Shown here: one piece after another, positions 55,361 to 64,000 of the stretch
How the letters are laid out: every line of letters starts with the position of its first letter
Numbering within the stretch: position 1 is the stretch's first letter
Assembly (NCBI GenBank): GCA_965116535.1
Contig: OZ220703.1
Coordinates: 1,153,545 to 1,217,544, forward strand
From: Acidimicrobiales bacterium
GTDB lineage: Bacteria; Actinomycetota; Acidimicrobiia; Acidimicrobiales; Bin134
Length of the DNA stretch: 64,000 nucleotides
Direction: 5' to 3'
The notes under the pieces: generated by a model
The model's input: the letters and a program-made list of their open reading frames with translations, nothing else
What the model was told of the DNA's origin: nothing
The model's database searches: none
Position numbers and translations under genes: made by a program

Positions 55361-56542
55361 TCAGCTCACCAGGCGGAGGCCGTTGTCGCGCATGATTTTG
55401 CGCTGGTCTTCGGCGGGGAGGGTCTCCAGTTGGTGGATGAAGTCTGCGGGCTGGGGGAGGCCCTCGGCGTGGGGCCAGTCGGAGCCCAGAACGATGGAAT
55501 CGGGGCCCATGTCCCGCACGATGGCGGCCACGTCGTCCTCGGGGTAGGGGGTAACCAGCACGTGCTGGGCGAAGATCTCGGTGGGACGGGCCGGTAGCCG
55601 CCCGCCGATCCACGGGCCGTTGCGGCCCATGCCCCGCATCTTGTTCATGAGCCGCACCAGGTAGGGAGCCCACTCGGCGCCGTTCTCCACCGACACTGCG
55701 GTGATATTGGGGAACCGGCCGAAGAAGTTCTCGAACACCAGGGCCGACAGCGTCTCCATGATGGGGCGGTCGCCGTAGCAGTTGGTCCACTGCCAGGCCG
55801 ACATGGTGAAGTTCGACGGGTTGGGCTCATAGCCCCAATGGGGGGAGACCATCTCGTTGTAACCCGACTCGGTGAGGTGGAAGGCCACCGAGCCCCCGGC
55901 CTCGTTCAATCGGGCCCAGAACGGGTCGAAGTAGGGATCCGACGGCGACCGCCCGTACTGGGGGCCGGGGCGCAGGGCGATAACTCTGGCCCCCTCGCTC
56001 AGCACCCACTCCAACTCGGCCACCGCGGCGTCGAGGTCCCACAGCGACATCATGGGCGGGGCAAAGATGCGGTTCTGGTAGGCGAAGCCCCAGTCGTCTT
56101 GGATCCAGCGGTTGAAGGCGTGGAAGTTGGCGTAGCACTGCTCGGGGGTGGCCATGAAGTGCTCCACGGTGACCCCCACCGACGGGAACATCAGGCAGGC
56201 CTCCACGTTCTGGGCGTCCATGACGTCGAGGCGCAGATCCCGGTCCAGATACTCGGGGCGCACCGGCTCGAAGATGGAGAACTCCTCGGCCTCCCCGGTC
56301 TTCTTCATGCGGCGCAGTTTCTCTTTGAGCGAGCCGGGCTTGCCCACGTTGTCGTACAGGTCGTGGCCGGGCAGGAAGGTGAGCGGCTGCTCGCCGATCA
56401 TGATCCACTCTTTGCCGTCATCGCGGATCTCCTGGTGCACGGCCTGATCGCGGAAGGCGGGGTCGATGTAGCGGGTGAAGGAGTCCCGAGGCTCGAAACA
56501 GTGGTTGTCGGCGTCGATGAGCCGATAGTCGAGCGCGGTCAT
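55361..56542 (-). CDS. Amidohydrolase-2 family protein
   Basis: 393 aa. LIDADNHCFEP and the C-terminal LGSDWPHAEG. Confidence 0.75.
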   Translation of the reverse strand: MTALDYRLIDADNHCFEPRDSFTRYIDPAFRDQAVHQEIRDDGKEWIMIGEQPLTFLPGHDLYDNVGKPGSLKEKLRRMKKTGEAEEFSIFEPVRPEYLDRDLRLDVMDAQNVEACLMFPSVGVTVEHFMATPEQCYANFHAFNRWIQDDWGFAYQNRIFAPPMMSLWDLDAAVAELEWVLSEGARVIALRPGPQYGRSPSDPYFDPFWARLNEAGGSVAFHLTESGYNEMVSPHWGYEPNPSNFTMSAWQWTNCYGDRPIMETLSALVFENFFGRFPNITAVSVENGAEWAPYLVRLMNKMRGMGRNGPWIGGRLPARPTEIFAQHVLVTPYPEDDVAAIVRDMGPDSIVLGSDWPHAEGLPQPADFIHQLETLPAEDQRKIMRDNGLRLVS

Positions 56543-56592
56543 GGATACGAGGGTACCTTTCCTTTTTCTAAGGGAACAGGCGGAGACTCCGT

Positions 56593-56961
56593 TCAGCGGG
56601 CCTGGCGGCCGGCCCGCAGAGCAGCCCGCTGCAAGTGGGCGGCCTCGGCCAGGGCGGCCCGCAGCCGGCGGCGGGCATCGGCATCATCAGTGGTGGCCAT
56701 GGTTTGCTCGGCCAGTTCCAGCAGACGGTGGTTCTTGGCTAGGGGGTCGCCGCTTTCGGGTTCTACTCCTAAGGCGTCGGCCAGGATCTCGTTCTCTCGG
56801 CCCAGGGCGGCAAACAGGTGGGGCCAGGCACCGCCGATGCGCTCCAGCATTTGGGCGACGCGTTGGGCGTGGAACCGATCCACGTCGTCGCCTTGGGCGT
56901 TCTGGGTGGCCACCGGCTCGGCCGCCGTCTTCAACAGCGCCCCCATTAGCTCATAGAACAC
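56593..56961 (-). CDS. Hypothetical protein (122 aa, helical)
   Basis: Coding-like composition, positioned between two minus-strand genes. No family recognised. Confidence 0.45.
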   Translation of the reverse strand: MFYELMGALLKTAAEPVATQNAQGDDVDRFHAQRVAQMLERIGGAWPHLFAALGRENEILADALGVEPESGDPLAKNHRLLELAEQTMATTDDADARRRLRAALAEAAHLQRAALRAGRQAR

Positions 56962-56973
56962 AACTCGCTCCCA

Positions 56974-58218
56974 TCATCGGGGCACATCTTTCCAGGCCAA
57001 GCCCTTGTAAGGGTCGGGTTCGCGGGGCAGTCCCAGGGCCCGCTCGCCCACGATGTTGCGCTGCACCTCGGTGGTGCCTCCGGCGATGGTCTCGGCCCGG
57101 CTGTGCAGGAAGTTGAGCACCACATAGTTGGCGATGTGGCCCTCGTCCCAGGCCATGGCCGGGGCGCCCAGCAGTTCGACTCCAGTGGCCTGCACCCGCT
57201 GGTTTAGCTGGCTGTACATGAGCTTGCCCACCGACGCCTCCGGCCCCGGTGGACGGCCTGCTCGCAGGGTGTCGCGCACCCGGGCATTGGTCCAGCCCAC
57301 GATCTGCTCTTCCGACCACAGCCGCATGAGCTGCTGGCGCACCACCCGGTCGCCCCATCGCCCCGATTCCCGAGCCCGCTCGATGAGGCGCTCGGTGCCC
57401 GACCCGATGCGGCTCTGGCCCCCCGATCCCGGCCCCGACACCGCCAGGCGCTCACCGCTCAAGGTGGCGTTGGCCAACCGCCAGCCGTCGTTTACCTCCC
57501 CCAGCACATCGCGGCCGGACACCCGGGCACCGTCGATGAACGTCTCGGCGAACTCCTCCTCGCCGCTGATGGTGCGCAGCGGGCGCACATCGATACCGGG
57601 CTGGCGCATGTTCAACAGGAAATAGGTAACGCCAGCCCGCTTGGGAGCGTCGGGGTCGGTGCGGGCCAGACAGATGGAGTAGTCGGCGACCATGGCCTGG
57701 GTGGACCACACCTTTTGGCCGGTGAGCACCCACTCGTCGCCGTCGCGCACCGCCCGAGTGGCCAGCGAGGCCAGATCGGATCCGGCGTCGGGCTCGCTGA
57801 AGAACTGGCACCAGATCTGTTCGGCGGTGACGATGGGCGGAATGAGCCGGGCCTTCTGCTCGTCGGTTCCGAAGGTCAAGATGGTGGGACCGGCCAAGGT
57901 GAGGCCGAGCTGGTTGCGCCGCACCAGGTTGTACGGGGCCAGCCGGCCCTCAATGGTCCGGGACACTCGGTTGCCCACTCCCAGGCCGCCGAATTGGCGG
58001 GGCCAGGTGGGAACCACCAGCCCGCTGCGGGCGAACTGCGGATACCAGGCGTCGTAGTCCGCAGGAGTGCGGACCTTGTGCAGCCCGGCCCTGCCACCGG
58101 TACGGGCCGCTTCTCGCCATTCGACCGGCACCGTTTGGGCCACCCATTCGTCGACGATCTGTTCCGCCTCATCGGCGGTGGTTTCCCGGTCAATGGGCAG
58201 CAGGTCGAAATCGGTCAT
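56974..58218 (-). CDS. Acyl-CoA dehydrogenase
   Basis: ATG 58218 (MTDFDLLPIDRETT). Motifs QFFSEPDAGSDLASL, GQKVWST and GGTTEVQRNIVGE. The start overlaps the upstream stop as ATGA. Confidence 0.8.
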   Translation of the reverse strand: MTDFDLLPIDRETTADEAEQIVDEWVAQTVPVEWREAARTGGRAGLHKVRTPADYDAWYPQFARSGLVVPTWPRQFGGLGVGNRVSRTIEGRLAPYNLVRRNQLGLTLAGPTILTFGTDEQKARLIPPIVTAEQIWCQFFSEPDAGSDLASLATRAVRDGDEWVLTGQKVWSTQAMVADYSICLARTDPDAPKRAGVTYFLLNMRQPGIDVRPLRTISGEEEFAETFIDGARVSGRDVLGEVNDGWRLANATLSGERLAVSGPGSGGQSRIGSGTERLIERARESGRWGDRVVRQQLMRLWSEEQIVGWTNARVRDTLRAGRPPGPEASVGKLMYSQLNQRVQATGVELLGAPAMAWDEGHIANYVVLNFLHSRAETIAGGTTEVQRNIVGERALGLPREPDPYKGLAWKDVPR

Positions 58219-59702
58219 GGGCCGTCTGGTGCAGCGGCGGCCTGATCGACCAACACCCGGCGCAACACCTTGCCCACCTCGCTTCGGGGCAGCGCATCGA
58301 GGGCCTCGAACGCCACCGGCACCTTGAACGGGGCCAAGTGCAAGCGGCACAACTGCTCCAAATCGTCGGCGCTCGGCGGTTTGCCTCCATCAGCGGGCAC
58401 CACGAAGGCGTGGGGCACCTCGCCCAGCCGTGGATCGGGCACCCCCACCACCGCGGCGTCGGACACCGTGTCCGACAGCAGCAGCACCTCTTCCACTTCG
58501 GCGGGGAACACCTTGAGCCCGCCCCGGTTGATCATGTCCGACTCCCGGCCCTCGATCCACAAGAAGCCGTCCTCGTCGAGGCGGGCGATGTCGCCGGTGC
58601 GGAAGAATCCGTCTCCGTCGAGCCGGTCGCCGAGCCGTCCCGCCGGATCCAGGGAAGCGGTGTAGGCGGTGCGCACCCACAGCACGTCTTTGTCGCCGAA
58701 TCGCAGCTCCACCCCCTCATAAGGGCGGCCCACCGCCCCCAGCTTGTCGGTGTGCTCCCGGAAGTCGCGGGCGGTCCAGCCAACGATCTCGCCGCCCACC
58801 TCGGTTTGTCCGTAACCGTTGAGCACCATCACCCCGAACCGCTCATAGAAGCGACGGGCCTGCAACGGCGAGAGCGGAGCGGTTATCGAGCGGACGATCT
58901 TCAGCGGGTCAAGGCTCTCTATGGCTGGTTCGTCGTTGAGCATGGTGATGGCGGCCGGGGGGATCACGGTGGAGGCGATCTGGTACTTGCGAACCACGCG
59001 GGCGTACTCCAAGGCGTCGAACTTGGGCATTAGCAGCGCGGGGCTGCCGGTGCGCACCGCGAAGATCACGTTGTAGATCCCGGCCCACAGCGAGGTGGAC
59101 ACCGGGATGACGTGGGGCATGGGCGGGCGCTCGGTGATCTCCCGGCCCTTGCGCACCGTGGAGATGATGGTGTCCATGAGCCGGATCACCGCGCTGGATT
59201 GGAGCTCGATGGGCTTGGGCCGACCGGTAGTGCCCGATGTGAACGACACGATGGCGATGCCCGGATCGTGGGAATTGGCCTCGACAGTCCGAGTCTGGGC
59301 CACCGACCAACCCAGTTTGCCGTCAGCAGCAATCAGGGCCACCGGAGCCCTAACCCGCTCGAGCTGTTCGGGCAGTGCGACCACCGCGGCGGGGTTCACA
59401 TCCTCGAGGATGTATTCGATCTCGGTGTCAGAGAGGCGGGGGTTTACCGGCACGTACACCCCGTCGGCCGCCCATGTCCCGAAGAAGGCGGCCACCACGC
59501 CGGCACTTGGGGGCAGCAGGCAGGCCACTGGCGTGCGGGGGGGCACTCCGGCGTCGGCCAAGGTGGTGGCCACCTGCTTGGCCGCGTCGACCAGATCGAA
59601 GTAGGAGGTGACCTCATCGCCATCGGGCCGGGCGACGATCACTCCCGGGGTATCGGGTCCGGCGGGAAGCTCGGGATCCAGCAGGAGCGAGGCGAAGCTC
59701 AT
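58215..59702 (-). CDS. AMP-dependent synthetase/ligase
   Basis: ATG 59702 (MSFASLLLDPEL). Motifs FTSGTTGRPKP, GYGQTE, FRTGDIARLDEDGF and INRGGLKV. Confidence 0.8.
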   Translation of the reverse strand: MSFASLLLDPELPAGPDTPGVIVARPDGDEVTSYFDLVDAAKQVATTLADAGVPPRTPVACLLPPSAGVVAAFFGTWAADGVYVPVNPRLSDTEIEYILEDVNPAAVVALPEQLERVRAPVALIAADGKLGWSVAQTRTVEANSHDPGIAIVSFTSGTTGRPKPIELQSSAVIRLMDTIISTVRKGREITERPPMPHVIPVSTSLWAGIYNVIFAVRTGSPALLMPKFDALEYARVVRKYQIASTVIPPAAITMLNDEPAIESLDPLKIVRSITAPLSPLQARRFYERFGVMVLNGYGQTEVGGEIVGWTARDFREHTDKLGAVGRPYEGVELRFGDKDVLWVRTAYTASLDPAGRLGDRLDGDGFFRTGDIARLDEDGFLWIEGRESDMINRGGLKVFPAEVEEVLLLSDTVSDAAVVGVPDPRLGEVPHAFVVPADGGKPPSADDLEQLCRLHLAPFKVPVAFEALDALPRSEVGKVLRRVLVDQAAAAPDGP

Positions 59703-59763
59703 AGCGCTCCGACGATAACCCACCTCGAAGCGGCTATGACCAGAGCCGTTAGCCTGTGGGGTC

Positions 59764-60210
59764 ATGCGCATGGACCACCTCATCCACGTCAATCTCTGTG
59801 TGAGCGACCTGGACCGCTCGCTGGAGTTCTACCGGGACCTGCTCGGTGGCGTGGTGGTGGACGAGTCGGCCAAAGACCGCAGCGAGTTCATGGAGAGCCA
59901 GGGTGAGACCGGCGATACCGGCCACCGGGCCGCGTTCTTGGCTTTCGGCGACAACCTCCGAGGCCCCTACATCGATCTGCTGGAGTGGAACACCCCCGAT
60001 CCGGGTCGGCCCCTTACCTGGAAGAGCATCGGCATTCCCCGCATCGCGGTGGGAGTAGACGATGTGGATGCGCTCCACGAGCGCCTGTCGGCGGCGGGAG
60101 TCGACATTCTCGGCCCGCCGGGATCGCTGACGGTGGGCCGGTCGTCGATTCGGGCGTTCGCGGTGCGCGACCCCGACGGCATCCTGATCGAGTTCGTCAC
60201 CCGCCAGTGA
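59764..60210 (+). CDS. VOC (glyoxalase/bleomycin-resistance/dioxygenase) family protein
   Basis: 148 aa. HVNLCVSDLDRSLEFYRDLLG and IRAFAVRDPDGILIEF. Confidence 0.8.
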   Translation: MRMDHLIHVNLCVSDLDRSLEFYRDLLGGVVVDESAKDRSEFMESQGETGDTGHRAAFLAFGDNLRGPYIDLLEWNTPDPGRPLTWKSIGIPRIAVGVDDVDALHERLSAAGVDILGPPGSLTVGRSSIRAFAVRDPDGILIEFVTRQ

Positions 60211-61253
60211 CCGCGCTCGCCCCCGCCCAAGTGGCGAACCTGTCCGACTGGTTCGGCCGCGGCGTGATCGGGGTGGAGGCCCGCACCGGCGGCCTCTCCT
60301 GGGATGTATTCACCGTTGCCTTCGACGACGGCGAGCGGGCGGTGGTCAAGCGGGCGCCTCCCTTTGGCACCATCGATCCCTACGACGTGCACAAAGAGGT
60401 GGCGGTGCACCAGGCCGCGGCCACTGCCGGCATCCCGGTGCCCGACGTGCTGGGGGCGTACGACGATCCTGATCTGATCGGTCAGCCGTTTTACGCCATG
60501 GCCCATGTGGATGCCGACTTTCCCCATCTCGCCCTACTCGACGACTGGCCCCTCTGGCAGACCGAGGCCGGTCGCCGCCGGGCAACCGAGCAGATCGTGG
60601 ATGTGATGGCCAAGCTCCACCGGCTCGACTGGGCGTCGGCGGGACTGCCCGAACTGGTCACCGGCATACCGGGCGCCTCAGGGGCCGACCTGATGGCCGG
60701 GCTGGTCAACCGGTGGATGGGCAACGTGGAGCGCGACGTGTACTCCAAGTGGGCGCCGGTGCCCATCCTTCGGGACGCAGCCCGGTTCCTGCTCGACCAT
60801 GCCCCCGAAATGCCCGACGCCGCGCCAGCGCTCAGCCACGGCGACTTTCGGATCGGCAACTTGGCTTTTCGAGGCGACGAGCTGGTGGCGGTGCTCGACT
60901 GGGAGCGGTCCGCGGTGGGACCGCCGCTCTTGGACTTGGGCTTCTTCTGCCATCCGCTGTCGCGCCGCCGACAACCCGAGCTGATGGGCATGCTGGTGAC
61001 CTGGGACGAACTGGCCGCCATGTACGCCGCAGCCACCGGCACCGACCCCGACCCCAAATGGGTCCACTACTGCGTCATCTACTGGATCTTCGTGGAATCC
61101 GCAGTGGTGCCCCGAGGGCTGGCGCTGACCGTGGAGGGCAAAATGCGCTCTTGGCCAGCATTCACGCAGATCCCCCTCAACACCGAGACCCTGGCCCACC
61201 ACCTCGATGCTTGGGAGGTGGGCGACACCAGTTGGATCGAACAGGCGCTGTAG
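60207..61253 (+). CDS. Phosphotransferase (APH/choline-kinase-like) family protein
   Basis: GTG 60207 overlaps the upstream stop as GTGA. LSHGDFRIGNLAF (Brenner-type HGD) and VLDWE are present. The track ORF from 59985 is over-extended. Confidence 0.72.
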   Translation: MTALAPAQVANLSDWFGRGVIGVEARTGGLSWDVFTVAFDDGERAVVKRAPPFGTIDPYDVHKEVAVHQAAATAGIPVPDVLGAYDDPDLIGQPFYAMAHVDADFPHLALLDDWPLWQTEAGRRRATEQIVDVMAKLHRLDWASAGLPELVTGIPGASGADLMAGLVNRWMGNVERDVYSKWAPVPILRDAARFLLDHAPEMPDAAPALSHGDFRIGNLAFRGDELVAVLDWERSAVGPPLLDLGFFCHPLSRRRQPELMGMLVTWDELAAMYAAATGTDPDPKWVHYCVIYWIFVESAVVPRGLALTVEGKMRSWPAFTQIPLNTETLAHHLDAWEVGDTSWIEQAL

Positions 61254-61280
61254 CTGCCCTGGGCCAATGGCCCGGCTCAC

Positions 61281-62456
61281 TCACTGCTGTTGGTGTTTGG
61301 CTTCCATTTCGGCCTCGTGGCGCTCACGGGCCTGTTGGCCGGCCACTGCGGCCCGGCCCAGGAACTCTTCCCGGTTGGCCGCAGTCCAGGCGTGCGAGCT
61401 GGTGCGCCGCCGGATAGACCCCTGGTAGCGGGGAGCCACCTCCTCTATCAGCAACTCGAAGGACCGCCGGGTGGCGGCCGGTTTGGCCCAGTCGTTGCCG
61501 AACACCAAGAGCGCCCCGAACCCTCCTGAGCGTTCCCACAGTCGGTCTACCAGTGCCGCGGCGTCATCGGGGGTGCCGATCACCGCGAAGCCGCCGTCCA
61601 CCATGGACCGGACGAACTCGTCCCGGTCGTCGGTGTCGGGGGCGCCGGGGAGGGCCACCACCTCCCGGAAATAGCGCACCCACGGCTCGATGCCGTGCTC
61701 CACATCCTTGAACGCCTGTTCAGTGGTCTCGGCGATGTGAACAGGGGCCACGATGCGCCATTTGGACCGGTCGGCGGTGTGGCCGTGCTCGGTGGCCTTC
61801 ATGTTCCAAATGTCCCAGTGGGTGCCAAGCGCTTGGAACCCGGCATCGGTGGTGGCGCTCATCGACAGCACCGCCCCGCCGAATCGCCCGGCGCTGCGGG
61901 GGCCGTTGGGCGAGACCGTGGTGGCCATGCAGATGTCGAACAGCGGGTCGGAATAGGGCGAAAGCTGGAGGCGGGCCTCGCGGAGCTTGAACCAGTCGGT
62001 CTCCATGGTCAGCGGCTCGTCGGAGCGGAGCAGATGACAGATGGCCTCCAGGGCCTGTTCCATGCGGGGCCGGGTCTCGGTGGGGTCGATGCCCATCATG
62101 TAGGCGTCGGAGGGCAGCGCTCCCGGCCCCACGCCGAACATGACCCGGCCCTTGGTCAGGTGGTCGAGCAGCACCATGCGCTCCGCCACCTGGAACGGGG
62201 TGTGGTAGGGCACCGACACCACGCCGGTGCCCAGCTTGATTCGGCTGGTGCGCTGGGAGGCAGCGGCGATCATCAGATCGGGGGAGGTGATGATCTCCCA
62301 ACCGCCGGAGTGGTGCTCGCCAAACCAGTATTCGTCGAAACCGAGATGGTCGAGCCACTCGCACAGGTCTAGATCTCGCTGGAGCTGGACCGTCGGATTC
62401 TTCCAGTGGGCGTGAAATGGCGCCTGGAATATGCCGAACCGCAGACCTCCGTGCAT
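61281..62456 (-). CDS. LLM-class flavin-dependent oxidoreductase
   Basis: ATG 62456 (MHGGLRFGIFQAPFH), then GFDEYWFGEHH and RVMFGVGPGA. Confidence 0.8.
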   Translation of the reverse strand: MHGGLRFGIFQAPFHAHWKNPTVQLQRDLDLCEWLDHLGFDEYWFGEHHSGGWEIITSPDLMIAAASQRTSRIKLGTGVVSVPYHTPFQVAERMVLLDHLTKGRVMFGVGPGALPSDAYMMGIDPTETRPRMEQALEAICHLLRSDEPLTMETDWFKLREARLQLSPYSDPLFDICMATTVSPNGPRSAGRFGGAVLSMSATTDAGFQALGTHWDIWNMKATEHGHTADRSKWRIVAPVHIAETTEQAFKDVEHGIEPWVRYFREVVALPGAPDTDDRDEFVRSMVDGGFAVIGTPDDAAALVDRLWERSGGFGALLVFGNDWAKPAATRRSFELLIEEVAPRYQGSIRRRTSSHAWTAANREEFLGRAAVAGQQARERHEAEMEAKHQQQ

Positions 62457-62482
62457 GGGGCGAGAGGATAACGTGCCCACCG

Positions 62483-64000
62483 ATGGTGAAACCCATGGAG
62501 GCATCAGCTCAAGCCGAATACGACGCCGCGCTGGCCGCCGACCTGCTGGTCAACACTCAATTGTCCACCTGGGAGATGCTGTGGCGGACCGCCCAGCGGG
62601 TGCCCCACAACACCGCCATCATCACCGGCGACACCCACATCAGCTATCGGAAGCTGGCCCAACAGGCGCTGCGAGCCGCCGCCGCGCTGGCCGAGTTGGG
62701 CGTGGACAACGGCAGCCGGGTGGCGTTTGTGTTCCACCCGAGCCCCGACTGGGCGGTGCTGCACTACGCGCTGGGTCGGTTGGGCGCCGTTGGGGTGCCC
62801 ATCAACACCTCGTACATGGCTGCTGAGCTGGAGCACCTGTTCACCCTGGCCCAACCCGAGCTGTTGATCACCGTGGACCAGTTCCGGGACGTGGACATGG
62901 CCGCTCGGTTGTCGCCGGTGGCAGCGCGGTTCGGCTCCATAGCCGAGATGGTGGTGCTGCCGTTGAGCTACGACGGGTGGGTGGCCTCATCGACTGAGCG
63001 CGATCGGGTGTTCGGTCCTGCTGGTGGGGATGAGCTAGAGCCGGCCAGCCCGGTGGGGGGCGATGATCCGGCCTACGTCATCTTCACGTCGGGCTCCACC
63101 GCTGCCCCCAAGCCTGCGCTCATCGCCCATCGGGGCATGGTGGGGGCGGCCACCGGATTGCAGCACGCCCTCGGCCTGGTGCCCGAAGACCGGTTTGTGG
63201 CCTCTAACCCGGTGTTTCACACCGGTGGCATCGTGTGGAACCTGACCATGCCCCATCTGGTGGGAATGACCTCGTGTCTGGTGGGGGTGTACGAGACCGG
63301 CAAGGTGCTGCGGGAGATGGAGCGGTCGAAGATCACCGTGATGGGGGCGTTCGACACCAAGCTGACCATGATGCGCAATGCCCCCGAATACCACACGGTG
63401 GACCGCAGCTCGGTGCGCAAGTGCAACGTGGGGGCCACCGGCAGTTTCCTGCGCAGCGTGTTGCCCGATTGGAACTGGGAGACGGTGGCCCAGGTGTACG
63501 GCTCTACCGAGTCGGGCGGGCTGGGATCGATCACCCCCCGGTACGAAGCCGACCCCAAAGTGCGCTACGACGCCAACGGCCGGCCCATGCCGGGTATGGA
63601 GTTCGTGATCAAAGACCCCGACACCGGCCAGCGGTGTGCCCCTAACGAGCCGGGTGAGATTTGCTTTCGGGGGTGGGGCACGTTCATCGAGTATGTGGGG
63701 ATGCCCGAGGCCACTGCTGAGGCGTTCGACGACGAGGGGTTCTTCCATTCCGGCGACTACGGCTTCATAGACGAGGCCGGGAACCTGTATTTCCGGGGCC
63801 GTTACAAGCTGATGATCAAAACTGGCGGGGAGAACGTGTCGGAGCGGGAGGTTGAGATCTTCTGCGAGGACAACCTGGAGGCGGTGAAGTTCGCCATCGT
63901 GGTGGGGGTGTCCGACCCGCTGTGGGGAGAGGCGGTGGTGGCCTTCGTGGAGTTGCACGAGGGGGCGACCGAAACCTCCGACGATTTGGTGGAAGCGTGC
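62483..64000 (+). CDS. AMP-dependent synthetase/ligase (runs off the right edge)
   Basis: Absent from the ORF track because it has no stop in the window. My translation gives MVKPMEASAQ...VIFTSGSTAAPKPA...VYGSTESGG...FHSGDYGFIDEAGNLYFRGRYKLMIKTGGENV. The start is ATG 62483 or 62495. Confidence 0.8.
   Translation, partial: MVKPMEASAQAEYDAALAADLLVNTQLSTWEMLWRTAQRVPHNTAIITGDTHISYRKLAQQALRAAAALAELGVDNGSRVAFVFHPSPDWAVLHYALGRLGAVGVPINTSYMAAELEHLFTLAQPELLITVDQFRDVDMAARLSPVAARFGSIAEMVVLPLSYDGWVASSTERDRVFGPAGGDELEPASPVGGDDPAYVIFTSGSTAAPKPALIAHRGMVGAATGLQHALGLVPEDRFVASNPVFHTGGIVWNLTMPHLVGMTSCLVGVYETGKVLREMERSKITVMGAFDTKLTMMRNAPEYHTVDRSSVRKCNVGATGSFLRSVLPDWNWETVAQVYGSTESGGLGSITPRYEADPKVRYDANGRPMPGMEFVIKDPDTGQRCAPNEPGEICFRGWGTFIEYVGMPEATAEAFDDEGFFHSGDYGFIDEAGNLYFRGRYKLMIKTGGENVSEREVEIFCEDNLEAVKFAIVVGVSDPLWGEAVVAFVELHEGATETSDDLVEAC

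Overview
High-GC, actinobacterial-type chromosomal segment, called from gene content: ino1 next to a PadR regulator, several F420/LLM-type oxidoreductases, and a HAIR-like element upstream of clpB. No rRNA, tRNA or CRISPR array was found. Layout: (1) 1-10418, an 11-gene nuoABCDHIJKLMN operon on the minus strand with no nuoE/F/G. (2) 10.4-42.75 kb, housekeeping and metabolic genes: DegV, a large secreted hypothetical, a divergent GNAT and deacetylase pair, cca, ino1-PadR, vapBC, MscS, MFS, clpB, a cell-wall amidase, GDPD lipoprotein, FGE, and several amidohydrolase, LLM, acyl-CoA and AMP-ligase genes. (3) about 42.75-55.36 kb, a compositionally foreign, patchy island. It holds an AAA+ ATPase with a C-terminal wHTH and a very AT-rich HEPN (RNxxxH) ApeA-like gene. 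It also holds two identical inverted IS481-family copies, each with its own 6-bp CTAG target duplication, and three small genes bracketed by 20-bp inverted repeats. The rest is an IS5-family remnant, two degraded fragments of a DUF2461 paralogue, a type II R-M pair (M-S fusion methyltransferase plus PD-(D/E)xK nuclease), an intact DUF2461 gene and a frameshifted PIN gene. (4) 55.36-64 kb, acyl-CoA and lipid-type metabolism genes. The best candidates for an undescribed system are in the island. All family calls come from reading motifs by eye; no database search was possible. Many long ORFs in the supplied track are GC-driven shadow frames or N-terminal over-extensions, and I trimmed or rejected them.
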